A stretch of 64,000 nt of DNA from an uncultured virus (IMG/VR IMGVR_UViG_2851731845_000003) (taxonomy: Duplodnaviria > Heunggongvirae > Uroviricota > Caudoviricetes). Positions 19,515 to 29,142 of this stretch are shown in pieces. The notes below the pieces were generated by a model that made no database searches, was not told the DNA's origin, and worked only from the letters and a program-made list of their open reading frames with translations. Both the position numbers and the translations under genes were made by a program. The number at the start of each line of letters is the position of its first letter. Position 1 is the first letter of the stretch. The stretch lies in IMG/VR virus record IMGVR_UViG_2851731845_000003. One strand, 5' to 3'.

Positions 19515-20006
19515 ATGGATATCGTTATTAACACCAATCAGACGCCAGATACGCCAGCACCGGTGGAGCCAGCCGAAGATATTGTTATTAAAAATGACGG
19601 TTTCTGGCCGGATATCGACTTAAAGCAGTACCGCGAAGAGTCGCGGCAAGACGGCACCATTACCCAGCCACGGGTTATGGAAGCGGCGCTGTTTGCCATC
19701 AATGAAGTGAATAACCGGCTGATGGTCTGGCGCTTAACCCAGCAAAAACAAGGTTATCTCTCGGCGGCTGATGTGCCAGCGGAAAAGCTGAACGATGAAA
19801 GCACCCGCATTCAGTTGTACCGCAGCGCGGTGTTTTGCCTGATGCAGGCCCGTTTGACTGATCGTTTTCGCGGTTTTGATACCACTGGCGCGGGAGGGAA
19901 GCGGGCCGATTCACTGGAGCCGACCATTGACAATTTACGCCGTGATGCTGCCTGGGCGATTAACGATATTCAGGCTATCAGCCGTATGACAGTGGAGCTG
20001 ATTTAG
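19515..20006 (+). CDS. L: Head completion protein
   Basis: IKNDGFWPDIDL, RRDAAWAI..TVELI. Confidence 0.9.
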   Translation: MDIVINTNQTPDTPAPVEPAEDIVIKNDGFWPDIDLKQYREESRQDGTITQPRVMEAALFAINEVNNRLMVWRLTQQKQGYLSAADVPAEKLNDESTRIQLYRSAVFCLMQARLTDRFRGFDTTGAGGKRADSLEPTIDNLRRDAAWAINDIQAISRMTVELI

Positions 20007-20209
20007 TGCGCATTCTGGCGCAGCAGTACGACACTGTTGACGCGATGTGCTGGCGCTACTACGGCCGCACTGAGGGTGTGACAGAAAAAGTGTTGGCGGC
20101 TAATCCGGGGCTATCCGATATCGGGCCGTTTTTACCGCACGGTTATCCGGTGGAAATGCCCGAAGTGAGCACCGCAACCACCACGCAAACCCTGCAACTT
20201 TGGGACTAA
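20006..20209 (+). CDS. X: Tail protein X
   Basis: DTVDAMCWRYYGRT..ANPGL..LQLWD. Confidence 0.9.
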   Translation: MRILAQQYDTVDAMCWRYYGRTEGVTEKVLAANPGLSDIGPFLPHGYPVEMPEVSTATTTQTLQLWD

Positions 20210-20240
20210 TTGCATAATTCCCCACAAGGGGGTAACGGAC

Positions 20241-20627
20241 ATGAAGATGCCAGAAAAAGATCCAAGTTGGATAGGTGCGGCACTGGCCTTTTATTCCGCC
20301 CATTCCACCATGATAAATGGCTTTTTTGTCGCCTTTATTGTGGCGTTTCGTCGTGTGGTATGGGGCGGTGGCAAGTTACGTGAAGGCATCGGCGAGGGCG
20401 TGGTGTGTGGGCTGGTCGGCGTCAATATAGGCCCGGTCATTTCCCCCATGCTGATCCGACTTATTGATGCTATTCCCTGGCTGAATGGTGCATTAACCGA
20501 AGTCGCCGCTGGGAAAGTAGAAATCTTTATTAGCTGCCTAATCGGGCTGATTGGCTTACAAGCCATTCGTGAACTGGTATTCAAAGTCATCAACAAAAAG
20601 GCGGGAACCACGGATGCAAAACAATAA
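20241..20627 (+). CDS. Holin, lambda-S-like with Met-Lys-Met dual start
   Basis: MKMPEKD start, three hydrophobic segments, basic C-terminus, precedes endolysin. Confidence 0.8.
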   Translation: MKMPEKDPSWIGAALAFYSAHSTMINGFFVAFIVAFRRVVWGGGKLREGIGEGVVCGLVGVNIGPVISPMLIRLIDAIPWLNGALTEVAAGKVEIFISCLIGLIGLQAIRELVFKVINKKAGTTDAKQ

Positions 20628-21009
20628 ATTCATTTTCGGTAAGGCCAGCGAGAGCAATCTGATCGGCGTGCATCCTGATTTGGTCAAAGTCGTGCGCCGC
20701 GCCCTAGAACTCACCCCCATTGATTTTAAAGTGATTGAGGGCCGCCGCACAATAGAGCGCCAGCGTGACCTAGTCAAAGCCGGTGCCAGCCAGACCCTAA
20801 ACAGCCGCCATTTAACCGGCCATGCGGTCGATATCGTGCCGTTACCGGACGGTAAGATCAGTTGGGAATGGAGGTATTTTTACCCCATGGCTGACGCCAT
20901 GAAACAGGCCGCCGCCGAGTTGGGGATCGCCGTGGAATGGGGCGGCAATTGGACAACCTTTAAAGACGGCCCGCATTTTCAATTGCCCGCTCGTCAATAT
21001 CCGGGCTAA
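20614..21009 (+). CDS. Endolysin, M15-family peptidase
   Basis: GVHPDLV, EGRRT, SRHLTGHAVD, WGGNW..DGPHFQL. Confidence 0.9.
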   Translation: MQNNKFIFGKASESNLIGVHPDLVKVVRRALELTPIDFKVIEGRRTIERQRDLVKAGASQTLNSRHLTGHAVDIVPLPDGKISWEWRYFYPMADAMKQAAAELGIAVEWGGNWTTFKDGPHFQLPARQYPG

Positions 21010-21012
21010 TCC

Positions 21013-21426
21013 ATGTCAATTATCAATACAGCCCCACTCGCCTGGACAGTCGCCGCCGTCTTATTGGTTGCCGGTAGTGTACAAACCTACCGTTTATCGG
21101 AGGCCCGCCAGGTGGTGATTGATATGCAAGCAGCCGAAACAGCCAGTAAAAACGGCCAGCTTATCGCCCTGGCACTGACCGCCAATGCCAACAATCAGGC
21201 ACAGGCGCGGTTACGCCAACAGGTTGCTAATGCGGATCAGTTGCTGGCGCAACGCAGCAACCAGCTTAAGAGGTTATACCGTGAAAATGAAACGCTACGC
21301 CATTGGGCTGACACTCCCCTGCCTGATGATATTATCCGGTTGCGCCGACGGCCCGCCCTCACCGGGGCCGAAGATTACCGTCAATGGCTGTCCGACAGTC
21401 ACGCCCTGCCTGTTTCCGGCGGCTAG
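21013..21426 (+). CDS. lysB: i-spanin (LysB/Rz-like)
   Basis: N-terminal TM, coiled coil, ENETLRHWADTPLPDDIIRL. Confidence 0.85.
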   Translation: MSIINTAPLAWTVAAVLLVAGSVQTYRLSEARQVVIDMQAAETASKNGQLIALALTANANNQAQARLRQQVANADQLLAQRSNQLKRLYRENETLRHWADTPLPDDIIRLRRRPALTGAEDYRQWLSDSHALPVSGG

Positions 21427-21553
21427 CCCACAAACTAACGGTGATTTAAACGACGATATCGACCAATTAGAAGCGGCTTTGCACGCTTGTGCCGCGCAGA
21501 TTGATACTGTTCTCATTTGCCAGCAAGAGGCCGCTTCCGATGCTAAAGCCTGA
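21287..21553 (+). CDS. lysC: o-spanin lipoprotein (LysC/Rz1-like)
   Basis: Lipobox LSGC; CPTVTPC..TNGDL; overlaps lysB. Confidence 0.8.
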   Translation: MKRYAIGLTLPCLMILSGCADGPPSPGPKITVNGCPTVTPCLFPAASPQTNGDLNDDIDQLEAALHACAAQIDTVLICQQEAASDAKA

Positions 21554-22007
21554 CTCCTTGCGCGCCAATATCATGAAAGCCGTGCCGTACATCAAGAAAA
21601 ACCCCGATTGCTTGCATTTGTTTATCGACAACGGGGCCATTATTGCCACACTGGCCCCGTCATTATCCTTTGAATATCAGTACACCTTAAATCTGGTGAT
21701 TACGGATTATGCCGATAATTTGGATTTGATCATTGTCCCTATCCTGCATTGGTTGCGCACAAACCAGCCGGATATCATGGCAAACCCAGATAAACGGCCA
21801 GATGGTTTCACCTTTGAGGTGGATTATTTGGATAATAAGCTGCGAGATATCAGTATTGATCTCAAGCTCACCGAGCGAACTATCGTTAAAGAACAAGACG
21901 GGGTGTTAACCGTGACTCATTTGGATGAGCCAGTGCCACCGGAATATTTTGTCAACAGTTACAAAGTGAACGTTGACGGTAAAACCGTCGCGGAGTGGGC
22001 CGAGTGA
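21540..22007 (+). CDS. R: Tail completion protein R
   Basis: MLKPDSLR, SLSFEYQYTL, WLRTNQPD, LTER. Confidence 0.9.
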   Translation: MLKPDSLRANIMKAVPYIKKNPDCLHLFIDNGAIIATLAPSLSFEYQYTLNLVITDYADNLDLIIVPILHWLRTNQPDIMANPDKRPDGFTFEVDYLDNKLRDISIDLKLTERTIVKEQDGVLTVTHLDEPVPPEYFVNSYKVNVDGKTVAEWAE

Positions 22008-22450
22008 GTGACCTGCACGAATTAGACCAAACATTATCAATCTTGCTAGCGCAATTATCCCCACAGGCGCGCGGCGCATTTATGCGTCAAGTCTCTAAAG
22101 AACTGCGCCAGCGTCAACAAAAGCACATTCAGGCACAACAAAATCCTGACGGATCTCCATTTGTGGCCCGCAAGAAAAAGCGCCGTGATAAACAAGGCCG
22201 CATCAAGCGTAAGATGTTTACCAAACTGCGCACCGCCCGTTTTATCAAGGCCGAATCCAGCGCCGATGAGGCCGCCGTCACCTTTAGCGGTACGGTCAAT
22301 AATTTGGCCAGGGTGCACCACTACGGCTTGCGGGATAAAGTCACAAAGAACGGGCCAACAGTGAAATACGAGCGCCGCCAATTACTCGGCTTTACTGACA
22401 GTGATATCGAATGGATAGGCGATTTAGCGTTAGAGCATATCGCTAAATAG
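22004..22450 (+). CDS. S: Tail completion protein S
   Basis: QQNPDGSPF, MFTKLR, ARVHHYGL, RQLLGF. Confidence 0.9.
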   Translation: MSDLHELDQTLSILLAQLSPQARGAFMRQVSKELRQRQQKHIQAQQNPDGSPFVARKKKRRDKQGRIKRKMFTKLRTARFIKAESSADEAAVTFSGTVNNLARVHHYGLRDKVTKNGPTVKYERRQLLGFTDSDIEWIGDLALEHIAK

Positions 22451-22550
22451 TCATTGTTATCTGTGTTGGCCGCCTTGGTTAAACGAAATAAAAATAAGCT
22501 GCAGTACAGATAGATGTGACGATGCTCCATGGTCTGCGATCCCTTTCCCT

Positions 22551-22568
22551 TGTGCCATCCCTCACACA
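22551..22568 (+). promoter_or_regulatory. Ogr-activated late promoter site (pV)
   Basis: TGT-N12-ACA followed by TGCCCCGCGCG, shared with pF; V ATG lies just after the -10 region (leaderless-type as in P2). Confidence 0.75.
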
Positions 22569-22614
22569 AAAACCATCACATGCCCCGCGCGCCCGTAGGC
22601 GGCAAACTGACCGA

Positions 22615-23250
22615 ATGAATATCCTTATTGCTGGCCTCAAGCGCCTCTTGGCTAACATTATCCGCATTGGCATCGTCTCAGACGTCGATCTTGCTAGCGG
22701 ATTATGCCGAGTCAAAATCGGCAACCTTGAAACCGATTGGCTCAATTGGTTAACCCTGCGCGCCGGTCGGGTGTGTTTTTGGTCTGCCCCCTCCGTGGGT
22801 GAGCAAGTCATGGTGCTCAGTATCGGCGGTGAACTCACCACCGGCTTTGTGCTGCCCGCCATCTTTTCGGATGCCAATCCAGCCCCGTCACAATCGGCTG
22901 ATGCCATCGTGATCACCTTTCCTGATGGTGCGCGTTTTGAGTACGAACCGGAAACCAGTCATTTAGCGGTAACCGGAATAAAGACTGCGGCAATCAATGC
23001 CAGTGAATCAATCAATGCCACCGCCCCCAATATTACCAATACCGCCTCAATAAAAATCACGCTGGATACCCCTATTGTGGAGTGCACCAAACATCTGACT
23101 ACCTCCACCTTAGAAGTTAAACAAGGCGGCAAAATGAGCGGGAATATTGAGCATAGTGGCGGTAAGTTTTCATCTAATGGTGTGGTTGTCGATGAGCATG
23201 ACCACGGGGCAGTGCAGCGCGGCGGGGATTATACGGCGGGGATTAAATGA
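22615..23250 (+). CDS. V: Baseplate spike
   Basis: RLLANIIRIG, TDWLNW..RAG, APSVGEQV, C-terminal HDH. Confidence 0.9.
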   Translation: MNILIAGLKRLLANIIRIGIVSDVDLASGLCRVKIGNLETDWLNWLTLRAGRVCFWSAPSVGEQVMVLSIGGELTTGFVLPAIFSDANPAPSQSADAIVITFPDGARFEYEPETSHLAVTGIKTAAINASESINATAPNITNTASIKITLDTPIVECTKHLTTSTLEVKQGGKMSGNIEHSGGKFSSNGVVVDEHDHGAVQRGGDYTAGIK

Positions 23251-23603
23251 CAACTTATCAATATATCGGCATGGATTGCTATAGCGGTTTAGCCATCGGC
23301 GATATTGACCATATTCGCCAGTCAATCAGCGACATTCTGACTACGCCACAAGGCACGCGGGTAATGCGCCGTGATTATGGCTCGCTATTATCAACCTTAA
23401 TCGACCAGCCTCAGAATCCCGCCTTACGGCTAAAAATGATGGCCGCTGTCTATGGTGCGGTGATGCGCTGGGAACCGCGCGTTACCCTAAACGCCATCAG
23501 TATTAGCACGCAGATTGACGGCAAAATGATCGTGGATTTAACCGGCAGCCGCACAGACAGCAATAACCGGTTAAGTCTGACCGTGCCGCTAGGGGGCCAA
23601 TAA
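23247..23603 (+). CDS. W: Baseplate wedge W (gp25-like)
   Basis: HIRQSISDILTTPQGTRVMRRDYGS, WEPR. Confidence 0.9.
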   Translation: MTTYQYIGMDCYSGLAIGDIDHIRQSISDILTTPQGTRVMRRDYGSLLSTLIDQPQNPALRLKMMAAVYGAVMRWEPRVTLNAISISTQIDGKMIVDLTGSRTDSNNRLSLTVPLGGQ

Positions 23604-24511
23604 TGCCGACTATCGACTTAAGCCAGTTACCGGCCCCGCTGGTGATTGAATCACTGGATTTTGAAAGCCTGTTTACCTTACGCAAAGAGGCATTTATCGC
23701 CTTATATCCAGCTGACCAACAAGACGCGGTGCGCCTAACATTATCATTTGAGTCGGAACCCATCGTGAAACTGTTGCAGGAAAGTACCTACCGTGAATTG
23801 CTGTTGCGCCAGCGTGTCAATGAGGGGGCGCAGGCGGTGATGGTGGCTCATGCGATGGGTAGCGATTTAGATCACCTCGGCGCGAATAATGGTATTGAGC
23901 GATTAACCATCACGCCAGCCAATCCAGATGCCATCCCGCCCACTGCCGCCGTGATGGAGTCTGACGACGATTTCCGGGTACGTATCCCGCAAGCCTTTGA
24001 GGGGTTGAGTGTGGCGGGGCCAACCGGCGCGTATGAATACCATGCACGTAGTGCTGACGGCCGCATCGCTGACGCCTCCGCAATCAGCCCGTCCCCCGCT
24101 TGCGTTACCGTCACCGTGCTATCCCGTGAGGGAAACGGTACGGCACCACAGGATTTATTGAATAAAGTCTTTGCCGCACTGAATGATGAGAATGTGCGGC
24201 CAGTTGCCGACCGATTGACGGTTAACGCCGCTGATATCGTGGAATACCAGATTGACGCCACGCTCTATTTTTACCCAGGGCCGGAAGCCGAGCCTATCCG
24301 CGCAGCATCAGAAGCCCAATTGCAAACCTATATCAGCACTCAGCGCCGATTAGGGCGCGATATTCGCCTTTCCGCTATTTATGCCGCACTGCATGTTGAG
24401 GGTGTGCAACGGGTCGAACTGGCCGCGCCGATGGTTGATGTGGTACTGGATAGGACGCAGGCCGCTTATTGTACCGGCTATACCTTGACGGTGGGCGGCT
24501 CTGATGAATAA
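23603..24511 (+). CDS. J: Baseplate protein J
   Basis: IDLSQLPAP, SVAGPTGAYEYH, VRPVADR. Confidence 0.95.
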   Translation: MPTIDLSQLPAPLVIESLDFESLFTLRKEAFIALYPADQQDAVRLTLSFESEPIVKLLQESTYRELLLRQRVNEGAQAVMVAHAMGSDLDHLGANNGIERLTITPANPDAIPPTAAVMESDDDFRVRIPQAFEGLSVAGPTGAYEYHARSADGRIADASAISPSPACVTVTVLSREGNGTAPQDLLNKVFAALNDENVRPVADRLTVNAADIVEYQIDATLYFYPGPEAEPIRAASEAQLQTYISTQRRLGRDIRLSAIYAALHVEGVQRVELAAPMVDVVLDRTQAAYCTGYTLTVGGSDE

Positions 24512-25112
24512 ACGCCTGTTACCCGTTGGCTCTACACCACTGGAAATTGCCGCCGCGCAAGCCTGTGCGCGCATGGCGGATATTGAGGTGCCATTACGCC
24601 AGCTATGGAATGCTGACACCTGCCCACTGGAATTATTGCCATATCTGGCGTGGGCCTGGTCAGTGGATCGCTGGGATGAGAATTGGCCGGAAGCGACAAA
24701 GCGCGCCGTCGTCAAAGCCTCTTACGTCGTGCATAAACGCAAAGGCACCATTGGCGCGATCCGCCGCGTAGTGGAGCCGCTCGGTTATCTGATCCGTGTG
24801 ATTGAGTGGTGGAAAACCAACGAGGCACCCGGCACGTTTCGCCTGGATGTAGGTGTGCTGGAAACCGGTATTACCGAAGAAATGTATCAGGAATTAGAAC
24901 GCCTGATTGAAGATGCCAAGCCATGTAGCCGCCATCTGATCGGCCTGTCAATTAATTTGGATGTAAATGGAATCATCCCCATCAGCGCCGCCAGTTATGA
25001 CGGTGACGAAATGACCATTTACCCCTACCTACCCGAAACCATTACCGTCACCGGCCAGAATTACACTGGCGGTGTTGTGCATCTGATTGATGATATGAGA
25101 GTGAACCCATGA
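24504..25112 (+). CDS. I: Tail protein I
   Basis: LLPYLAWAWSVDRW, HKRKGTIGAI, DAKPCSRH. Confidence 0.95.
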   Translation: MNKRLLPVGSTPLEIAAAQACARMADIEVPLRQLWNADTCPLELLPYLAWAWSVDRWDENWPEATKRAVVKASYVVHKRKGTIGAIRRVVEPLGYLIRVIEWWKTNEAPGTFRLDVGVLETGITEEMYQELERLIEDAKPCSRHLIGLSINLDVNGIIPISAASYDGDEMTIYPYLPETITVTGQNYTGGVVHLIDDMRVNP

Positions 25113-26542
25113 CAGTGAAATATTTTGCGCTACTGACCAATTTGGGGGCGGCCAAGCTGGCAAATGCGGCCGCTCTCGGTACCCAATTACAAATTACGCA
25201 GATGGCAGTGGGTGACGGTGGCGGCGCGTTGCCCACACCTAGCCCGGCACAAACGCAGCTTATCAGTGAAAAACGCCGCGCCGCATTGAATTCATTAAGT
25301 ATTGATGCGGCCAACAGTAGCCAGATTATCGCGGAACAGGTTATTCCGGAAACGGATGGCGGTTGGTGGATACGTGAAGTGGGTCTGTTTGATAAAGACG
25401 GCGTATTAATCGCCATTGCCAACTGCCCGGAAACCTATAAACCGCAATTGCAGGAGGGCAGTGGCCGCACGCAAACCGTGCGCATGGTGCTGATTGTGAG
25501 CAGTACTGAAGCGGTCACATTAAAAATCGATCCATCGGTGGTGCTGGCAACGCGTAAGTACGCCGATGACAAAGCAATTGAGGTTAAGCAATACGCCGAT
25601 AATTTACTGGTTGAACATGAGAAATCACGTAACCACCCGGACGCCAGCAAAACCGAAAAAGGCTTTGTGAAATTAAGCAGCGCCACAACCAGCGATAGCG
25701 AAGTGCTGGCCGCTACACCAAAGGCCGTCAAGACGGTTTCCGAGGCGACAACCAAGGCACTGGATGACCACGGCAAAGCAGACAACCCCCATCAGCAATA
25801 TTTACAGATGGCACAACTGACTGGCGTCATTGGTACTTCACGCAATGCAAAAATGAGCGTTACGGCGGCTTCATCTACAGCCACTTTCACGGCAGATGAA
25901 TTAATCGTGCAAACGGCGTTAGGTGGGTTTCAGTACAAGCTAACTGGCTTCAACAAAACGATTAACCTGGCGACCACTGGCGCTGGCGGTATGGATACCG
26001 GCTCGGTGCCGGTTACTGGATTTGTCGCGCTGTATGCGATTTACAACCCATCCACTCAGGCGTCTGCATTGCTGGCTGTTAATACAACACCTGTGTTAGC
26101 TCCGGAGGTTTTGTACGGTATTATGCCGCCAGGATATACAGCCTCGGCATTGGTTAGCGTATGGAGAACAGCGAATAGTCAGTTTGTTATTGGGTACCAG
26201 GCGGATAGAAGAATAATTACGCCAGTTGTACCGGCAACAACATCAAATAGTTTGCCTGCAAATTATATTGCCATCGGTCTTGCTGCTATTGTTCCTGTTA
26301 ATGCTAAATCGGTTAATGGTTGGGTAGGAATAACGACAACAGGCCCGGCAAACAATCAGATTTTTGTCGCATCATCAGCGACAGGGATTTATGAGCATTT
26401 GATCCAGTCGGCTCCGATAACAACATTAAATACGCCTCTACCAGAAATCCCCCTCATCACCCCACAGGCGTTTTATTATAAGGCGGCCTCAAACGGTGCG
26501 GTGTCTCTATTTGTTATTGATATAAACGGGTACACGTTCTAA
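25109..26542 (+). CDS. H: Tail fibre
   Basis: P2 gpH N-terminus (MAVGDGGG, GGWWIREVGL, KIDPSVVLATR, HPDAS, ATPKAVK) plus a swapped C-terminal module. Confidence 0.9.
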   Translation: MTVKYFALLTNLGAAKLANAAALGTQLQITQMAVGDGGGALPTPSPAQTQLISEKRRAALNSLSIDAANSSQIIAEQVIPETDGGWWIREVGLFDKDGVLIAIANCPETYKPQLQEGSGRTQTVRMVLIVSSTEAVTLKIDPSVVLATRKYADDKAIEVKQYADNLLVEHEKSRNHPDASKTEKGFVKLSSATTSDSEVLAATPKAVKTVSEATTKALDDHGKADNPHQQYLQMAQLTGVIGTSRNAKMSVTAASSTATFTADELIVQTALGGFQYKLTGFNKTINLATTGAGGMDTGSVPVTGFVALYAIYNPSTQASALLAVNTTPVLAPEVLYGIMPPGYTASALVSVWRTANSQFVIGYQADRRIITPVVPATTSNSLPANYIAIGLAAIVPVNAKSVNGWVGITTTGPANNQIFVASSATGIYEHLIQSAPITTLNTPLPEIPLITPQAFYYKAASNGAVSLFVIDINGYTF

Positions 26543-26555
26543 GAGAGGAAATAAT

Positions 26556-26738
26556 ATGCATGTTCAATTTGCAGATGCGGCTGAATCAGTGATTATTGGT
26601 TGTTTCTACTGCCAACAAGATCCAATTTATTATGAATTTCTCGGGGAGGTTGAAGTAAACGATCCCCGCTATATCAGTTTTTATGAGTCAATCCCAGAAA
26701 TGGGAAAAATAGGAATGGTGCCGCCAGTCTATCCTTAA
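26556..26738 (+). CDS. Small tail-fibre-associated (assembly/chaperone-like) protein
   Basis: Follows the fibre with RBS GAGGA; homologous to 34933-35115. Confidence 0.7.
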   Translation: MHVQFADAAESVIIGCFYCQQDPIYYEFLGEVEVNDPRYISFYESIPEMGKIGMVPPVYP

Positions 26739-26787
26739 TATCATGCAGTGGTTGCTGCTACTATCGCGGTAGTAGCCGCCCTTTTCT

Positions 26788-26805
26788 TGTGCCACCTCTC
26801 ACACA
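26788..26805 (+). promoter_or_regulatory. Ogr-activated late promoter site (pF)
   Basis: TGTGCCACCTCTCACACA = TGT-N12-ACA upstream of FI. Confidence 0.75.
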
Positions 26806-26875
26806 ATCCCCACTAACTGCCCCGCGCGTGACAATCCGGCATCATAGCGAATGAACGCTTAACCGGAGAAAACGC

Positions 26876-28051
26876 ATGTCTGCAACCGATTACCACCATG
26901 GTGTGCGCGTCATTGAAATTAGCGAAGGCACTCGCCCGATCCGCACTGTCAGTACGGCGGTGGTCGGGATGGTCTGTACCTCCGATGATGCTGACGCCAC
27001 CGTATTTCCATTAAATACCCCGGTATTACTCACCGATGTGTTAGCCGCCAGTGGCAAGGCCGGTGAAACCGGCACATTAGCCCACTCATTGGATGCTATC
27101 GGCGACCAAACCAAACCCGTCACTATCGTTGTTCGTGTCGCTCAAGGCGAAACCGAAGCCGAAACCACGTCAAACATCATTGGTGGATCCACGCCAGATG
27201 GCCGCTACACCGGCATGAAAGCGCTGTTAGCCGCACAGGGCAAGTTTGACGTTAAACCCCGCATCTTAGGTGTACCCGGTCATGACACTAAAGCGGTAGC
27301 CACTGAACTGCTTTCTATCGCTCAAGATTTACGCGCCTTTGCCTACATCAGCGCTTATGGTTGTAAAACCAAAGAAGAGGCCATTATCTACCGCGATAAT
27401 TTCAGCCAGCGAGAGGCCATGGTGATTTGGCCGGATTTTCTCAGTTGGGATACGGTCACTAATGCTGAGGCTACCGCCTTTGCGACTGCACGCGCCCTCG
27501 GATTGCGTGCCAAGATTGATAATGATGTTGGTTGGCATAAAACACTGTCTAACGTTGGGGTGAATGGCGTCACCGGTATTAGCGCAGATGTGTTTTGGGA
27601 TCTGCAAAACAGCGCCACCGATGCCAATTTACTTAACAGTAAAGACGTCACCACGCTGATCCGCAAAGACGGCTATCGCTTCTGGGGTTCCCGCTCCTGC
27701 TCTGATGATCCGCTATTTGCCTTTGAAAATTACACCCGCACCGCACAGGTATTGGCTGACACCATGGCCGAGGCGCATATGTGGGCTAACGATAAGCCGC
27801 TTACGCCGTCACTGGCAAAAGACATCATTGAGGGCATTCGCGCCAAAATGCGCGAATTGAAATCATTGGGCTATTTGATCGATGGCGATTGCTGGTATGA
27901 CGACAGCGTGAACGATAAAGACACCCTGAAAGCGGGCCGCCTGTTTATCGATTACGACTATACGCCAGTGCCACCACTGGAAGATTTAACCCTGCGCCAG
28001 CGCATTACTGATCGCTATCTGGCTAATTTCGCCGCCGCCGTTAACAGCTAA
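26876..28051 (+). CDS. FI: Tail sheath
   Basis: [35 protein letters not shown]. Confidence 0.95.
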   Translation: MSATDYHHGVRVIEISEGTRPIRTVSTAVVGMVCTSDDADATVFPLNTPVLLTDVLAASGKAGETGTLAHSLDAIGDQTKPVTIVVRVAQGETEAETTSNIIGGSTPDGRYTGMKALLAAQGKFDVKPRILGVPGHDTKAVATELLSIAQDLRAFAYISAYGCKTKEEAIIYRDNFSQREAMVIWPDFLSWDTVTNAEATAFATARALGLRAKIDNDVGWHKTLSNVGVNGVTGISADVFWDLQNSATDANLLNSKDVTTLIRKDGYRFWGSRSCSDDPLFAFENYTRTAQVLADTMAEAHMWANDKPLTPSLAKDIIEGIRAKMRELKSLGYLIDGDCWYDDSVNDKDTLKAGRLFIDYDYTPVPPLEDLTLRQRITDRYLANFAAAVNS

Positions 28052-28062
28052 GGAGCTTAATT

Positions 28063-28578
28063 ATGGCCTTACCACGCAAACTTAAGTTCCTGAATGTATT
28101 CAATGACGGGAACAGCTATCAAGGGGTGGTTGAATCGATCACCTTGCCAAAACTCAACCGCAAATTTGAAGAGTTTCGCGGTGGCGGCATGAATGGCAGC
28201 GCCAAGGTCGATTTGGGGCTGGCTGATGGTGCGTTAGATGTCGACTGGACACTCGGTGGCATTGAGTCCGAGATTTATAAGCAATGGGGTGTAACCAAGG
28301 TTGACGGTGTATTGCTGCGTTTTGCAGGCTCCTATCAGCGCGACGATACCGGCGAAACCCACGCGGTAGAGATCGTAATGCGTGGCCGCCATGAGGAAAT
28401 TGACGGCGGTGACAGCAAGCAAGGTGATAACACCACCACCAAGATTTCCACCAAAAACACCTACTACAAATTGACGTGGGACGGCGAAGTGCTGATCGAG
28501 GTCGATATTGTGAATATGGTTGAAATCGTTAATGGCGTAGACATGTTGGAAGCCCACCGCCGCAATATCGGTCTGTAA
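28063..28578 (+). CDS. FII: Tail tube
   Basis: MALPRKLK, RGGGMNG, LRFAGSYQRDDTGE. Confidence 0.95.
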   Translation: MALPRKLKFLNVFNDGNSYQGVVESITLPKLNRKFEEFRGGGMNGSAKVDLGLADGALDVDWTLGGIESEIYKQWGVTKVDGVLLRFAGSYQRDDTGETHAVEIVMRGRHEEIDGGDSKQGDNTTTKISTKNTYYKLTWDGEVLIEVDIVNMVEIVNGVDMLEAHRRNIGL

Positions 28579-28654
28579 CATGGCGAATATCGTCGCGTGG
28601 ATTATTTCGCACCTTATTTCATTTCTTATCTTTATTTTTATTTGGAAAGTCATC

Positions 28655-29008
28655 ATGAAAGTAGACAAAGCAGTCACCGAGGCCGCAACAGGGATTGATA
28701 CCACTGCGCCGGAGCAAGACAAATTTAACGTAATCACTCTGGATGTGCCTATTGTTCGGGGCAATACCACCATCACCGAAGTGACCGTTAACAAGCCCAA
28801 CGCCGGAGCACTGCGCGGGGCTAAGTTGCAAGCGCTATTAGATACTGATGTTGACGCCTTGATCCGTGTGTTGCCACGCATCACTACCCCGAATCTGACC
28901 GTGCCAGAAATTAGCAATCTTGATCCGGCTGATATCTATGCGCTGTCTCAGGCGCTGGCGATTTTTTTCTTGCCGAACTCGGTCAAGTCCGACTACCTGA
29001 GTGCTTAA
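28655..29008 (+). CDS. E: Tail assembly chaperone E
   Basis: LDVPIVRG, KPNAGALRG, VLPRITTP. Confidence 0.85.
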   Translation: MKVDKAVTEAATGIDTTAPEQDKFNVITLDVPIVRGNTTITEVTVNKPNAGALRGAKLQALLDTDVDALIRVLPRITTPNLTVPEISNLDPADIYALSQALAIFFLPNSVKSDYLSA

Positions 29009-29142
29009 CCGTTGATGATTTGGTGGCTGATATTGCGGTCACCTTCCATTGGCCGCCGTCAGCCACCGATCCGATGACGGTCGGCGAACTTTTAGAATGG
29101 CGACATAAAGCCATTATCCGCAACGGGGGCAGTGATGAGTGA
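28962..29142 (+). CDS. E' extension reached by -1 programmed frameshift
   Basis: T7 run at 28962-28968; -1 frame open: ..DDLVADIAVTFHWPPS..ELLEWRHKAIIRNGGSDE*. Confidence 0.8.

Noticed and set aside
22516..22614. Long N-terminal extensions in the ORF track (V; also O 16699, E 28580, terL 55274, holin 58565, endolysin 20551)
   Set aside because: They run through promoters or upstream genes; family homology and RBS point to later starts
26542..26876. Invertase-driven tail-fibre switch (gin/pin type)
   Set aside because: No serine invertase or second fibre cassette within the P2-like prophage
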